A DNA stretch of 64,000 nt from the NCBI GenBank assembly GCA_964605735.1, contig CAZSDS010000001.1:262771-326770 (forward strand), given 5' to 3'. Under the pieces are notes generated by a model. The model saw nothing but the letters and a program-made list of their open reading frames with translations. It did not search any database and was not told the DNA's origin. Below, in pieces: positions 55,529 through 64,000 of the stretch (position 1 is the first letter of the stretch; each line of letters begins with the position of its first letter). The translations under genes were made by a program, and so were the position numbers. The stretch is from an uncultured Candidatus Saccharibacteria bacterium. GTDB lineage: Bacteria > Patescibacteriota > Doudnabacteria > UBA920 > O2-02-FULL-48-8.

Positions 55529-56510
55529 ATTCAACTTCAACCTTTTCTTCCCCTTTATCAGCTCCCTCACCCTCCTTTTGTTCATTATTCGGCTGGGACA
55601 CGCAAGGAGAGTCCTTGTAACAGTAATAGGCCCATTTATCAAACCGCAAATCTATGTACGCAAGCTTAAGCCTGTTTTGTGCCGGAATCTGGCGACTGAG
55701 AATCAAAGCAAGATTGGAAACCTGGCCTTCAGACGGCCTGTTAGTATCAAAGAAAACTCCCCAGCCTTCATTGGACATCACCTGAATCTGCTGAGCCGCC
55801 TTCCCCGGAACCCGCATCTCTTTTATCTGAGAATTGATTTTAGCCGGCCAGTGCTTCAAAACGCTCATCACGAATGCCACCAGCTTGGTATTGTTCAGAC
55901 GTTCCCCAACCTGAACACCTTCACTAAGCTGGTTGTGTACAACCGGAAGCGAGCCTACATCATCCAAGGGCTTCACAACAACTCCTTCTTCGTCCACCAG
56001 ATAAGGCCTGCCATCAATGACAAATGCAAAACCAGGTCGCCTCTCCACAACTTCAAACTTAACTCCGTCAGGCCAAACCCGCTTATACCGGCTGATTTCC
56101 TTAACTAACGGCAACTCCTCAGAAATCAAATCCAAAGCATAGGAACCGGACAGCAAAAGCAAATGGTTTTTTGGAATCAGCATCCACCTCTCATCGCCGG
56201 CTTTTTGAACTGCCTCCTGAATCTGACTGGTGCCGATCTGTTCGTTGCCCGAAACCTCAATATTTTGAACCAAAAAGTAATCTGAAATGAATAGATAGTA
56301 AATCCCTGCACCAGCCACCAGTAATAAAGGGATCAAAACGACCGCAGAGTCCAGGCGCAACCAATGCAAAATCTTCCCAAACGCGCCATGCGATCTGGCA
56401 TCGAAGATTCGCTTATACCCCTGTGCCTTTTTTATTTTGTTTTGGAATTCCTTGCTGCCGTAGCGCCTTTTGGCCTCCATCCTACGGCGATGGGGAGAGA
56501 AAATTTTCAT
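55527..56510 (-). CDS. ftsQ: FtsQ/DivIB cell division protein
   Basis: TM, POTRA (IEVSGN, WPDGVKFEVVERRP), YIDLRF. Confidence 0.85.
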   Translation of the reverse strand: MKIFSPHRRRMEAKRRYGSKEFQNKIKKAQGYKRIFDARSHGAFGKILHWLRLDSAVVLIPLLLVAGAGIYYLFISDYFLVQNIEVSGNEQIGTSQIQEAVQKAGDERWMLIPKNHLLLLSGSYALDLISEELPLVKEISRYKRVWPDGVKFEVVERRPGFAFVIDGRPYLVDEEGVVVKPLDDVGSLPVVHNQLSEGVQVGERLNNTKLVAFVMSVLKHWPAKINSQIKEMRVPGKAAQQIQVMSNEGWGVFFDTNRPSEGQVSNLALILSRQIPAQNRLKLAYIDLRFDKWAYYCYKDSPCVSQPNNEQKEGEGADKGEEKVEVE

Positions 56511-56530
56511 TATTGGAATCCGCCCTTTGT

Positions 56531-57790
56531 TTATTTTTCTATTCTGTCCTTGCCGAAGTAAGGCTGTAGGGCTTTTGGTATTCTTATTGACCCATCTTCC
56601 TGCTGGTGGTTTTCAAAAATTGCGATTGGAAACCGGCTCAAAACCACTGCTGTCCCGTTCAAAGTATGGGCATACTCGTTTGTTCCGTCGGGTTTGCGGT
56701 ATTTGATGTTCAATCTGCGAGCCTGGTAATCAGTACAGTTGCTGGTGCTGGTTATTTCGCCGTAATCCCCCTGCTTCTTTCCGTCACCCTTCATGGTCAT
56801 CCAAGCCTCAATATCAAATTTCCTATACGCAGGCCCTCCCAAATCACCGGAAGCAATATCAATTACCCTGTAAGGCAATTCCAAACCGTTGGCAATCTCT
56901 TTTTCAATCGCCAGCAATTCCTGGTGCATTTTCTCGCTGTCCTCAGGTGTGCAATATACGAACATTTCCAGTTTGGTAAATTGATGCACACGGTACAAGC
57001 CCTTGCTGGTGCGGCCATAAGCCCCAGCCTCCGTCCTGTAACAGTGCGACAAAGCCACATACTTTAAAGGCCCTTTGGACAAATCCAAGGTCTCATTGGC
57101 GTGGTAACCGCCCATGGTAATTTCCGCCGTGCCAATCAGGCTCAAATCCGTGTTCTCAACTGAATACACCTGAGTTTCTTCACCGCGCGGATTGAATCCA
57201 ATCCCCTGCAGGATTTCATTTTTAGCCAAATCAGGTGTTTCAACCAGTTGATAGCCATGCTTGGTTGCAATATCAATGCCGTAATTAATCAAAGCCAGAT
57301 TCAGCCGGACCAAATCATTTTTGGCAAAATAGAATTTTGAAGCCGCAACTTTGGCACCTCGTTCAAAATCAATCAAATCCAAGTCCGTCATCAGCTGTTC
57401 GTGGTCTTTTGGCGTGAACTTAAATTCTTGAGGCTCCCAGTTGGCAAAAACAACTTTGTAGTCGTCTTCGCCGCCGATTGGACTTTCCGGGTGTGTCAGG
57501 TTTGGAATCTTCAAAAGCTCTTCCTTATACTCAGCTTCCAGCTGGACGAACTTGCCTTCCATCTCCTGAATCCTGTTTCCAACTTCGCGCATTTTTGCAA
57601 TTTCTTCGTCAGAAGGTTTGCCTTTGGACCCAGCCTTCCTTTGCGCACGCATTTCGTCAATTTGCGCAATCATCTTTCTGCGTTCTTCGTCCAATTCCAA
57701 AAGCCTTGCCAGGTCAATTTTCACCCCTCGGTTTTTGGCGTTCTGCCCCACGGCATCTTTGTTTTCCCGTATGTATTTGATGTCCAGCAT
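56531..57790 (-). CDS. serS: Serine--tRNA ligase
   Basis: MLDIKYIREN, GTAE, YRTEAG, RVHQFTKLE, HTLNGT. Confidence 0.98.
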   Translation of the reverse strand: MLDIKYIRENKDAVGQNAKNRGVKIDLARLLELDEERRKMIAQIDEMRAQRKAGSKGKPSDEEIAKMREVGNRIQEMEGKFVQLEAEYKEELLKIPNLTHPESPIGGEDDYKVVFANWEPQEFKFTPKDHEQLMTDLDLIDFERGAKVAASKFYFAKNDLVRLNLALINYGIDIATKHGYQLVETPDLAKNEILQGIGFNPRGEETQVYSVENTDLSLIGTAEITMGGYHANETLDLSKGPLKYVALSHCYRTEAGAYGRTSKGLYRVHQFTKLEMFVYCTPEDSEKMHQELLAIEKEIANGLELPYRVIDIASGDLGGPAYRKFDIEAWMTMKGDGKKQGDYGEITSTSNCTDYQARRLNIKYRKPDGTNEYAHTLNGTAVVLSRFPIAIFENHQQEDGSIRIPKALQPYFGKDRIEK

Positions 57791-59247
57791 TAGTCTTCGT
57801 GCTTCATTAATGGGAAAAAGTTGGTTTCGCGGATAGACTTGTCCATGATCACTGAGAACAGGCGCTCTGACAGCCCGAAACCGGCCATTGGCGGCATGCC
57901 GTACTCCATGGCCTCAAGATAATCATGATCAATCATTTGCGCTTCTGGATCGCCGGCTTCCCGTAATCTCATCTGTTCCTCAAATCGTTCGCGCTGATCA
58001 AGCGGATCGTTCAATTCAGAAAACCCCTTTCCCAGCTCAGTGCCGCCAGCCAGAATCTGCATGCGCTGAACTTCTTTTGGGTTCGCCGGGTCTTTCTTGG
58101 CCAGCGGCTCAATCTCGACCGGAGGATTTATCAAAAAACAAGGATTGATCAAAAACGGCCTGACCTTCTTTTTGTATATCAGATCAACCAGCCTGGCACG
58201 TCCGTGATTTTTTTCATATTTGATATGTTCCTTGTCAGCGTAAGCGCGCAACTCATCATCAGAAACAGTGTTCAAATCCATTCCGGTTTTTTCCTGGAAA
58301 ATGTCAAAATAACGAACCTTTGGCCATTTGCCGGACCAGTCAATTTCCTTGCCGTCATAAACTGTTTTCAGGCCGCCGGTAACATTCGCAACAATCTGCT
58401 TGTACATTTCCTCAACCATTTCCATAAGCTGATCATATTCGGAATATGCCCAGTAAAATTCCATTGCCATATAATCCTGAAGATGCTCTGTGGAAATTCC
58501 CTCGTTTCTGAATACCCGGCCGATTTCAAAAACCCTCTCATATCCGCCAACAATAAGTTTCTTCAACGGCAATTCCAGTGAAATCCGCAAATAAAAATCT
58601 TTATCCAAGGCGTTGTGATGGGTAATAAACGGTTCAGCTTCCGCCCCGCCTGGAATTGGCTCCAACACGTTAAGCTGGACTTCCATAAATCCCTGTTCTT
58701 CCAGAAATCTTCTGATAGTCTTCCAGAAAATATTCTTTTTTCTGAACAGTTCCCTGGTATCAGGATTCAGCATCAAATCCAAGTAGCGCTTTCGCAGTCT
58801 GGTTTCCAGATCTTCTATGCCAAAGTGCTCAGTCGGGATCGGCAGCAGCGATTTTGAAAGCAACCTGATTTCAGTAGGCTCCAGGCTTTTTTGCCCGGTT
58901 TTGGACAACAGCAAAAAACCCTTCGCTTCCAAAAAATCGCCAAGGTCCAATAAATCTATCAGTTTAAATTTGTTTTTAAGGGTTTCTTCGCGCAGAAGAA
59001 TTTGAATTCTCCCGGACTCATCTTCCAAATCAAAAAAAGCCAATTTGCCGTGGGTTCGAATGGACTTGATTCGCCCAGTAAAAACAACCTCTGTCTTGGC
59101 CGCGCTCAGCTCATCAAACGCCTCCAATCCCTGGCCGATTGTATGCGTCCGGTGCGAATCAACCGGGTACGGATCAATGCCTTGCGCTTTAAGTTGTTCT
59201 AATTTTTGTATCCTGACCTGCCGCAGTTCTTCGATTTTTTCTGACAT
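57790..59247 (-). CDS. lysS: Lysine--tRNA ligase (class II)
   Basis: RYLDL, GGAEAEPF, LRISLEL, FRNEG, YGMPP; start re-called at ATG 59247. Confidence 0.97.
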   Translation of the reverse strand: MSEKIEELRQVRIQKLEQLKAQGIDPYPVDSHRTHTIGQGLEAFDELSAAKTEVVFTGRIKSIRTHGKLAFFDLEDESGRIQILLREETLKNKFKLIDLLDLGDFLEAKGFLLLSKTGQKSLEPTEIRLLSKSLLPIPTEHFGIEDLETRLRKRYLDLMLNPDTRELFRKKNIFWKTIRRFLEEQGFMEVQLNVLEPIPGGAEAEPFITHHNALDKDFYLRISLELPLKKLIVGGYERVFEIGRVFRNEGISTEHLQDYMAMEFYWAYSEYDQLMEMVEEMYKQIVANVTGGLKTVYDGKEIDWSGKWPKVRYFDIFQEKTGMDLNTVSDDELRAYADKEHIKYEKNHGRARLVDLIYKKKVRPFLINPCFLINPPVEIEPLAKKDPANPKEVQRMQILAGGTELGKGFSELNDPLDQRERFEEQMRLREAGDPEAQMIDHDYLEAMEYGMPPMAGFGLSERLFSVIMDKSIRETNFFPLMKHED

Positions 59248-59358
59248 CTTCAGTCGTAGGTTTAAATGTTCTGGTAAATTATACCATAAATCCCGCCAAA
59301 AAGAAAACTTCGCACTGCAACAGGCGGCAAGCCTAGCCACAGCGCGTCAAAGGATAAA

Positions 59359-59847
59359 CTAAAACAAAGAATAAATAAAATAAACGAACATGCCCAAAAT
59401 TACCGAAATTTTGAATACTGATCCAATCAAAAAACCAATGAAAGAACCCCAAGCAACTCTCATTGCCTGGTCATAGTTGCGGGCATGGACAACTTCCCCG
59501 ATAAAACCGCCTATGAATGGACCAAGAATTATTCCGATCGGTCCAAAAACGAATAACCCGCCAAAAGCGCCAATGAAGGATCCAATTATGCCATACCTGC
59601 TGGCCTTGTAACCTTTTGCCCCAAGCGCCGGCGCAAAAAAATCAACCACCAGTGTAAGCAAAGTCAGTATGCCAAAGACCCAGAGCGCGCCGGCGCCAAT
59701 CCTCTCATAATCCGTAGCCCACGCAAAAAACCACAGCGCTCCAAATGACAAAGGCGGTCCTGGAAGAATCGGCAGCACCGAACCAACAGCACCGAGCAGT
59801 ATCAATACCCCTGAAATGACGCTGACAAGAATATCGCTTGAGTCCAT
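59359..59847 (-). CDS. DUF456 membrane protein
   Basis: LPILPGPPL, GIILGPFIG. Confidence 0.9.
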   Translation of the reverse strand: MDSSDILVSVISGVLILLGAVGSVLPILPGPPLSFGALWFFAWATDYERIGAGALWVFGILTLLTLVVDFFAPALGAKGYKASRYGIIGSFIGAFGGLFVFGPIGIILGPFIGGFIGEVVHARNYDQAMRVAWGSFIGFLIGSVFKISVILGMFVYFIYSLF

Positions 59848-60395
59848 TATTCTTCCCTTAATAAATGAGAAAATTTTTGCCTGAGTTTGGCAACTTTAAG
59901 GTCAATGACAAACGTGCAGTATGGATAGCTTTGGTTGTCATTGTAAAAATTCTGGTGGTAATCCTCTGCCCGAAAAAATTTTTCCAGGGTTTTTACTTCC
60001 GTCAAAATTGGTGAAGAAAATACTTTCTGAGTTTCAAGTTTGGCGATATATTCACGCGCGGCTTTTTCCTGGTTCTCATCAGCGGCATAGATTACTGACC
60101 TGTATTGGGTACCCACGTCATTTCCCTGCCGGTTAAGCGTAGTGGGATCATGGGAAGCAAAAAAGACATTCAGTAAGTCTTCGTAGGCAATGATGGATGG
60201 ATCAAACTCCACCTTAACCACTTCCACGTGGCCGGTATTCCCACTGCTCACCTGTTCATAGGAAGGATTGTCCAGGCTACCGCCTGCATATCCTGAGACC
60301 ACACTATTCACGCCTTTTAGCCGCTGGAAAACAGCCTCTGTGCACCAGAAGCATCCTCCGCCAAAGACTGCAGTTTTATTGTTTGAGTATGACAT
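59847..60395 (-). CDS. msrA: Peptide-methionine (S)-S-oxide reductase
   Basis: GGGCFWC, RQGNDVGTQYRS, AEDYHQ. Confidence 0.97.
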   Translation of the reverse strand: MSYSNNKTAVFGGGCFWCTEAVFQRLKGVNSVVSGYAGGSLDNPSYEQVSSGNTGHVEVVKVEFDPSIIAYEDLLNVFFASHDPTTLNRQGNDVGTQYRSVIYAADENQEKAAREYIAKLETQKVFSSPILTEVKTLEKFFRAEDYHQNFYNDNQSYPYCTFVIDLKVAKLRQKFSHLLREE

Positions 60396-60403
60396 TCAAA
60401 TAT

Positions 60404-60430
60404 AAAAACCCGCCAAAGCCGCGGGTTTTT
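60404..60430 (-). terminator. greA terminator
   Basis: A5-CCCGC-N7-GCGGG-T5. Confidence 0.8.
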
Positions 60431-60434
60431 AAAA

Positions 60435-60896
60435 TTATTCTATGGAAACAATTTCGTAGTTGGTGACTCCGTTAGGCGTCTGCACAGCCACTACCTGGCC
60501 AAGCTTTGCGCCAATCAGAGCTTTCCCAACCAGCGACTCGTTCGATATTTTACCCGCCGATGGATTAGCCTCGTTTGAACCTACGATTGTATAGGTGACT
60601 TCCTTGCCGTCATTTTTCAGCTTGACGGTAGATCCGACTGAGACCATAGACGCATTGCCGTTGCGCGCAATAATTTCCGCATTCTTGAGCATGTCTTCAA
60701 TTTCCTGGATCCTGCCCTCAATAAACGCCTGTTCTTCTTTTGCCTGGGCATAGTCCGCGTTTTCTGAAAGATCTCCGTGTGAAATTGCTTCCTGAATTCG
60801 TTCGATAACCTCTTTGCGTCGCTCTTCTTTCAAAACCTTCAGCTCTTCCTGGAGTTTCTTGAGTCCGTCTTCAGTCAGTAATACTTTTTTATTCAT
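60435..60896 (-). CDS. greA: Transcription elongation factor GreA
   Basis: HGDLSENADY, ISNESLVGKAL. Confidence 0.98.
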   Translation of the reverse strand: MNKKVLLTEDGLKKLQEELKVLKEERRKEVIERIQEAISHGDLSENADYAQAKEEQAFIEGRIQEIEDMLKNAEIIARNGNASMVSVGSTVKLKNDGKEVTYTIVGSNEANPSAGKISNESLVGKALIGAKLGQVVAVQTPNGVTNYEIVSIE

Positions 60897-60948
60897 CTCT
60901 ATAAATCTATAAAAGGCCCCTTTGGCGGGGTCCGTTAATATTTAGAAA

Positions 60949-60977
60949 AGTCTACACCCTTAAACGCAAACTGTCAA
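60949..60977 (-). promoter_or_regulatory. greA promoter
   Basis: TTGACA-17 nt-TAGACT. Confidence 0.7.
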
Positions 60978-60980
60978 CCA

Positions 60981-61346
60981 TCAGCCTTTATTTCCTTTGT
61001 TTCTTAAACGCTGGAACTCCTCATGAAGCTTATCCAGCTCTTCATCGTTCATATCCTCCAGATCCAGAAGCTTGTTGCGCGCGCTTCTTTGAGCACGGAT
61101 CAGCTCATCCAGCTTCAGATGAATGGCGCGGGCATCCCTGTTCTGGGTGTTCTGGATAAGAAAGACCATCAGGAACGTTAAAATAGTTGTCCCTGTATTG
61201 ATGATCAACTGCCACGTATCCGAATAGTTGCTGCCCGGCCCTGCCAAAAACCAAACAACAATCAATATCAATGCCATGATAAACGCCAAAGGCGAACCTA
61301 CTGCTTCAGACGTAAAATGGGCTATTTTGTGGAAAATATTATTCAT
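60981..61346 (-). CDS. low-affinity iron permease (Fet4-like) family protein
   Basis: SDTWQLIINTGTTILTFLMVFLIQNTQNRD..AIHLKLDEL. Confidence 0.92.
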   Translation of the reverse strand: MNNIFHKIAHFTSEAVGSPLAFIMALILIVVWFLAGPGSNYSDTWQLIINTGTTILTFLMVFLIQNTQNRDARAIHLKLDELIRAQRSARNKLLDLEDMNDEELDKLHEEFQRLRNKGNKG

Positions 61347-61387
61347 AATGGTGACTTTAAAATTCTATACGAAAGTTTTGAAATTTG

Positions 61388-63322
61388 CTAGCGGTTGCGG
61401 TTTTCAGCCCACCAGGAATAGATATCACGGGCAATTGGCACGGCAACCGAACTACCTTCGCCGCCGTCTTCCACAAGGATGGTTAACGCAATTTGAGGAT
61501 TGTCAAACGGCGCGTAAGATGTAAACCAAGCATGTGTTCTGGCCAAATCCCTGGCATCAAACTGTGCTGTACCAGTTTTCCCGGCTATTTCCATTGGCAG
61601 GTTCGCCAGGGCGCGGCCAGAGCCGCCGGTAATAGTCAGACGCATGCCGTCCTGTGCAACTTTCACCCATTCCGGATCCAGAAAATTCTCGCGGATGACT
61701 TCCGGATTGTTTTTGTGGACAATATTACCTTCCATATCAATGACTTCGTCAACAATATAAGGCTTCATAATCTTCCCACCATTGGCAATCGTGGCAATTG
61801 CGTTGTTGATCTGCAGTGGAGTTGCCAGCAAGTCTCCCTGTCCGATTGAGTAATGGTAAGTGTTACCCAGATACCATGGTTCTTTTTTCACTCTTTGCTT
61901 CCACTCCGTATCAGGAACCAAGCCAGGTTTTTCGTTCGGCAAATCTATGCCCAGCAGGGAGCCCAGATGAAAATTCCTGTACCATTCTGCCAGCTTGTTT
62001 GGCCCCATACCTTCTTTAATGGTTGACTTCGCGCTTCCGCCGCCAATCGTATAAAAATAAATATCAGAGGATTGGGATATTGCCGTATAAACATTCATGA
62101 GCCCCAGACCGCTTCTGCGATACCCATAATATGTGTAACTGCCAACCCTAATGACTCCGTCATCCATAATCTGGGTTTGCGGAGTCACAATGCGTTCTGT
62201 AAGAGCGCCGATTGCGAGCATGGGCTTGATTGTTGAACCAGGCGGATATGTACCCGTAATTACCCGGTTTAACAGTGGCACAGCCGGATCATTCAGCAAG
62301 GCCGCAAACTCATTGGACTTTATGCCGCGGGCAAACAGGTTTCCGTTATACCCTGGCAAGGACAAATACGCCAGGACTTGGCCCGTCTGTGGATTGGTCG
62401 CCACCACGGCAGCGCTCTTGGCTTTGACCTTACTCATCATGCTGACCGTTGAATCGTAAACGATTTTTTGCAAATCGTAGTCAATATTCAGCTTGAGGTT
62501 GTTTCCTGGTTTGGCTGGAATGTTCGGCAAAGGTTTATTGAAATCACCCGACGCATTAATCTCCGTCTGGTTGCTCCCCGGAACGCCGCGCAAATAAGTT
62601 TCATATTGAAGTTCCAAGCCATTCTTTCCTATATAGTCATTGAGCAAATAATTCTGCCCCTGGCGCGCGGACAATTCATCCGAGGTTATCTTCCCTGTGT
62701 AACCGGTCAGGTGCGCAAACATCAATGGATCTTTATAATCCCTGATCGGGTTATTTTGCACGGCAAATCCGGAAAACTCGTTTTTTCTGCTGATCAGGAC
62801 CAGCGCCGGATCCTTTTCCAAATTCTGTATCAACGTGTACGAATGCGGGGATTTCCGGTCAAGTTTGCTCACAGACTCTGACAACTCGACCAGGCTCACG
62901 CCAGTGATGTTCGAAATCTCCACAAGTTTGGCGTTCACGTCCTTCTCATCCCCCGGAAGTTGGTTGGGTGTCACCACCAACTCAAAGCTCGGCAAATTTC
63001 CTGCTATAAGCTTTCCTTCCTTGTCCATGATCAATCCCCGAGGCGCCAGAATATATTCGCTCCTGAGCTTGTTGCCTTCAGCTATGGCCCGGTAATCATC
63101 CCCTTTCATTGCCTGTAGGTAATAAATACGGCCGAACAGCGCAACAAAACAGACAAAGACAATACTGAACAAGAAGCGGTAATTGATGCTCTCCCGATCA
63201 TTGTCCAGGACATCAGCTTCTTCCTGCTGGACATCCAGCAAAATCTCATCAAAGCCAAGCTCTTTCCTGCCGTTGACTTTCTTAGGGGCTGTTATGTTTG
63301 TTTGGATCTCAAATGGATTCAT
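61388..63322 (-). CDS. mrdA: Penicillin-binding protein 2
   Basis: APRG, YPPGSTIK (SxxK), SSD, KTG; follows mreCD. Confidence 0.95.
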   Translation of the reverse strand: MNPFEIQTNITAPKKVNGRKELGFDEILLDVQQEEADVLDNDRESINYRFLFSIVFVCFVALFGRIYYLQAMKGDDYRAIAEGNKLRSEYILAPRGLIMDKEGKLIAGNLPSFELVVTPNQLPGDEKDVNAKLVEISNITGVSLVELSESVSKLDRKSPHSYTLIQNLEKDPALVLISRKNEFSGFAVQNNPIRDYKDPLMFAHLTGYTGKITSDELSARQGQNYLLNDYIGKNGLELQYETYLRGVPGSNQTEINASGDFNKPLPNIPAKPGNNLKLNIDYDLQKIVYDSTVSMMSKVKAKSAAVVATNPQTGQVLAYLSLPGYNGNLFARGIKSNEFAALLNDPAVPLLNRVITGTYPPGSTIKPMLAIGALTERIVTPQTQIMDDGVIRVGSYTYYGYRRSGLGLMNVYTAISQSSDIYFYTIGGGSAKSTIKEGMGPNKLAEWYRNFHLGSLLGIDLPNEKPGLVPDTEWKQRVKKEPWYLGNTYHYSIGQGDLLATPLQINNAIATIANGGKIMKPYIVDEVIDMEGNIVHKNNPEVIRENFLDPEWVKVAQDGMRLTITGGSGRALANLPMEIAGKTGTAQFDARDLARTHAWFTSYAPFDNPQIALTILVEDGGEGSSVAVPIARDIYSWWAENRNR

Positions 63323-63836
63323 TTTTTAGCTTAAAGCGTTTTCCTATTTTTGACTGGAACCTGTACACCAAGTATACAGGATATAAAAAGATCAAATCGA
63401 ATGTGACTCCCAGCCCTGTTTCCTGCAATAAAGCGCTGTTGACCTGGATTGAATGGGTGAGGCCAAACCACGCCAAAGCATGGCTGAAAGCCGTGGCAAA
63501 TGCGGCAAAAAAGAGAGTTGATGCAAGTACATAAAAAACCACCACATATTGGGAATATTTTTCCGTAAACATCATTTGACCAAAGTAATAAGCTGAACCA
63601 ATTGCAAAGGCCAGGCCAAGCAGGAGCACGCCGTCCGGCAATCCGGAGAAAAAATCCAAAACTATTCCGGCAATCACAGCCTGGATAAATGCCTCAGCAG
63701 GCGGAACAAACAACAGGCTGACGCAAATGTAAATCAACATCAGGTTCGGGATGACTGGCAGAATCTGCGGCATAGTCAAGCTTAACTGAATTATTCCAAG
63801 CAACAGGAGAATAATGATGGAAATGGTCCGCCTCAT
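63309..63836 (-). CDS. mreD: Rod shape-determining protein MreD
   Basis: Multi-TM, 'PNL.L', 'G..LDFFSG'; lies between mreC and mrdA. Confidence 0.8.
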   Translation of the reverse strand: MRRTISIIILLLLGIIQLSLTMPQILPVIPNLMLIYICVSLLFVPPAEAFIQAVIAGIVLDFFSGLPDGVLLLGLAFAIGSAYYFGQMMFTEKYSQYVVVFYVLASTLFFAAFATAFSHALAWFGLTHSIQVNSALLQETGLGVTFDLIFLYPVYLVYRFQSKIGKRFKLKNESI

Positions 63837-63844
63837 TTAAAAAT

Positions 63845-64000
63845 TTACTTAACGACAAAAACAAACTTTAGATTCTTCAAATCAGCAACAGGAGCCACGT
63901 AAGCCTGTTGAAACAATTCAGAAGCGCCGGTTTTTATGGCATTAATTTCACCTACGAGCAATCCGCGGGGAAAATCGCCTGACAAACCAGATGTAATGAT
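63845..64000 (-). CDS. mreC: Rod shape-determining protein MreC, C-terminal part
   Basis: Manual translation IITSGLSGDFPRGLLVGEI...LFQQAYVAPVADLKNLKFVFVVK*. Confidence 0.92.
   Translation of the reverse strand: MITSGLSGDFPRGLLVGEINAIKTGASELFQQAYVAPVADLKNLKFVFVVK

Noticed and set aside
15436-59340. Longer N-termini given by the ORF track (15585, 19347, 22179, 33157, 42358, 47990, 59340; also 683 and 5671)
   Set aside because: The extensions run through promoters, terminators or neighbouring genes; downstream ATGs fit family N-termini, SDs or coupling better.
438-63534. Many 60-220 aa ORFs antisense to or overlapping real genes (e.g. 877-1404, 12505-13059, 19323-19769, 26528-27178, 40216-40755, 55578-56108)
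   Set aside because: Shadow frames of well-supported genes, without motifs or translation signals. The 877 'start' is the TTG of a -35 box.
1-64000. CRISPR array, rRNA, tmRNA or long tandem repeats
   Set aside because: No regularly spaced direct repeats or rRNA-like stretches were seen; nearly all sequence is explained by CDSs and short spacers.
1-64000. Alternative genetic code (TGA = Gly, code 25)
   Set aside because: Conserved genes such as murD, ftsW and cysS end at TGA at their expected lengths, with ATGA overlaps after murD and ftsW.

Overview
A 64-kb chromosomal segment of a bacterium using genetic code 11, with TGA as a stop. Gene content and style point to a Patescibacteria/CPR genome (Parcubacteria/Doudnabacteria-like; this is inference). 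The evidence is a DUF4012-type protein inside the cell-wall cluster, a stand-alone VirD4/HerA-like ATPase operon, GT-C glycosyltransferases and no central metabolism. Most of the window is housekeeping. Cell wall/division: mraY, murD, ftsW, murJ, dacA, ftsB, ftsQ, mreC-mreD-mrdA. Translation: lepA, cysS, serS, lysS, rplU, tRNA-Gly(CCC), tRNA-Gln(UUG). Replication/repair: dnaX, dnaB, recR. Other: greA, msrA, trxA. Three things stand out. (1) An AT-rich, tightly coupled operon at 48.7-55.5 kb: nitroreductase, Rv1355c/ThiF-like adenylyltransferase, Leu/Phe dehydrogenase, PaaK-like ligase and a multi-TM histidine kinase, plus a divergent stand-alone receiver. It looks like a small-molecule (N-acyl amino acid/oxazolone-like) synthesis-and-sensing module and is the best candidate for an undescribed system. 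(2) At least six solitary orphan genes, each with its own near-consensus sigma70 promoter, strong SD and terminator, plus one apparently empty promoter-terminator unit at 877-941. (3) A compact IS481-like element with unusually oriented inverted repeats. Three small ORFs were added or re-called relative to the ORF track, and several starts were corrected. No CRISPR array, rRNA or prophage was seen. All family assignments are from motif recognition by eye; no database search was run.
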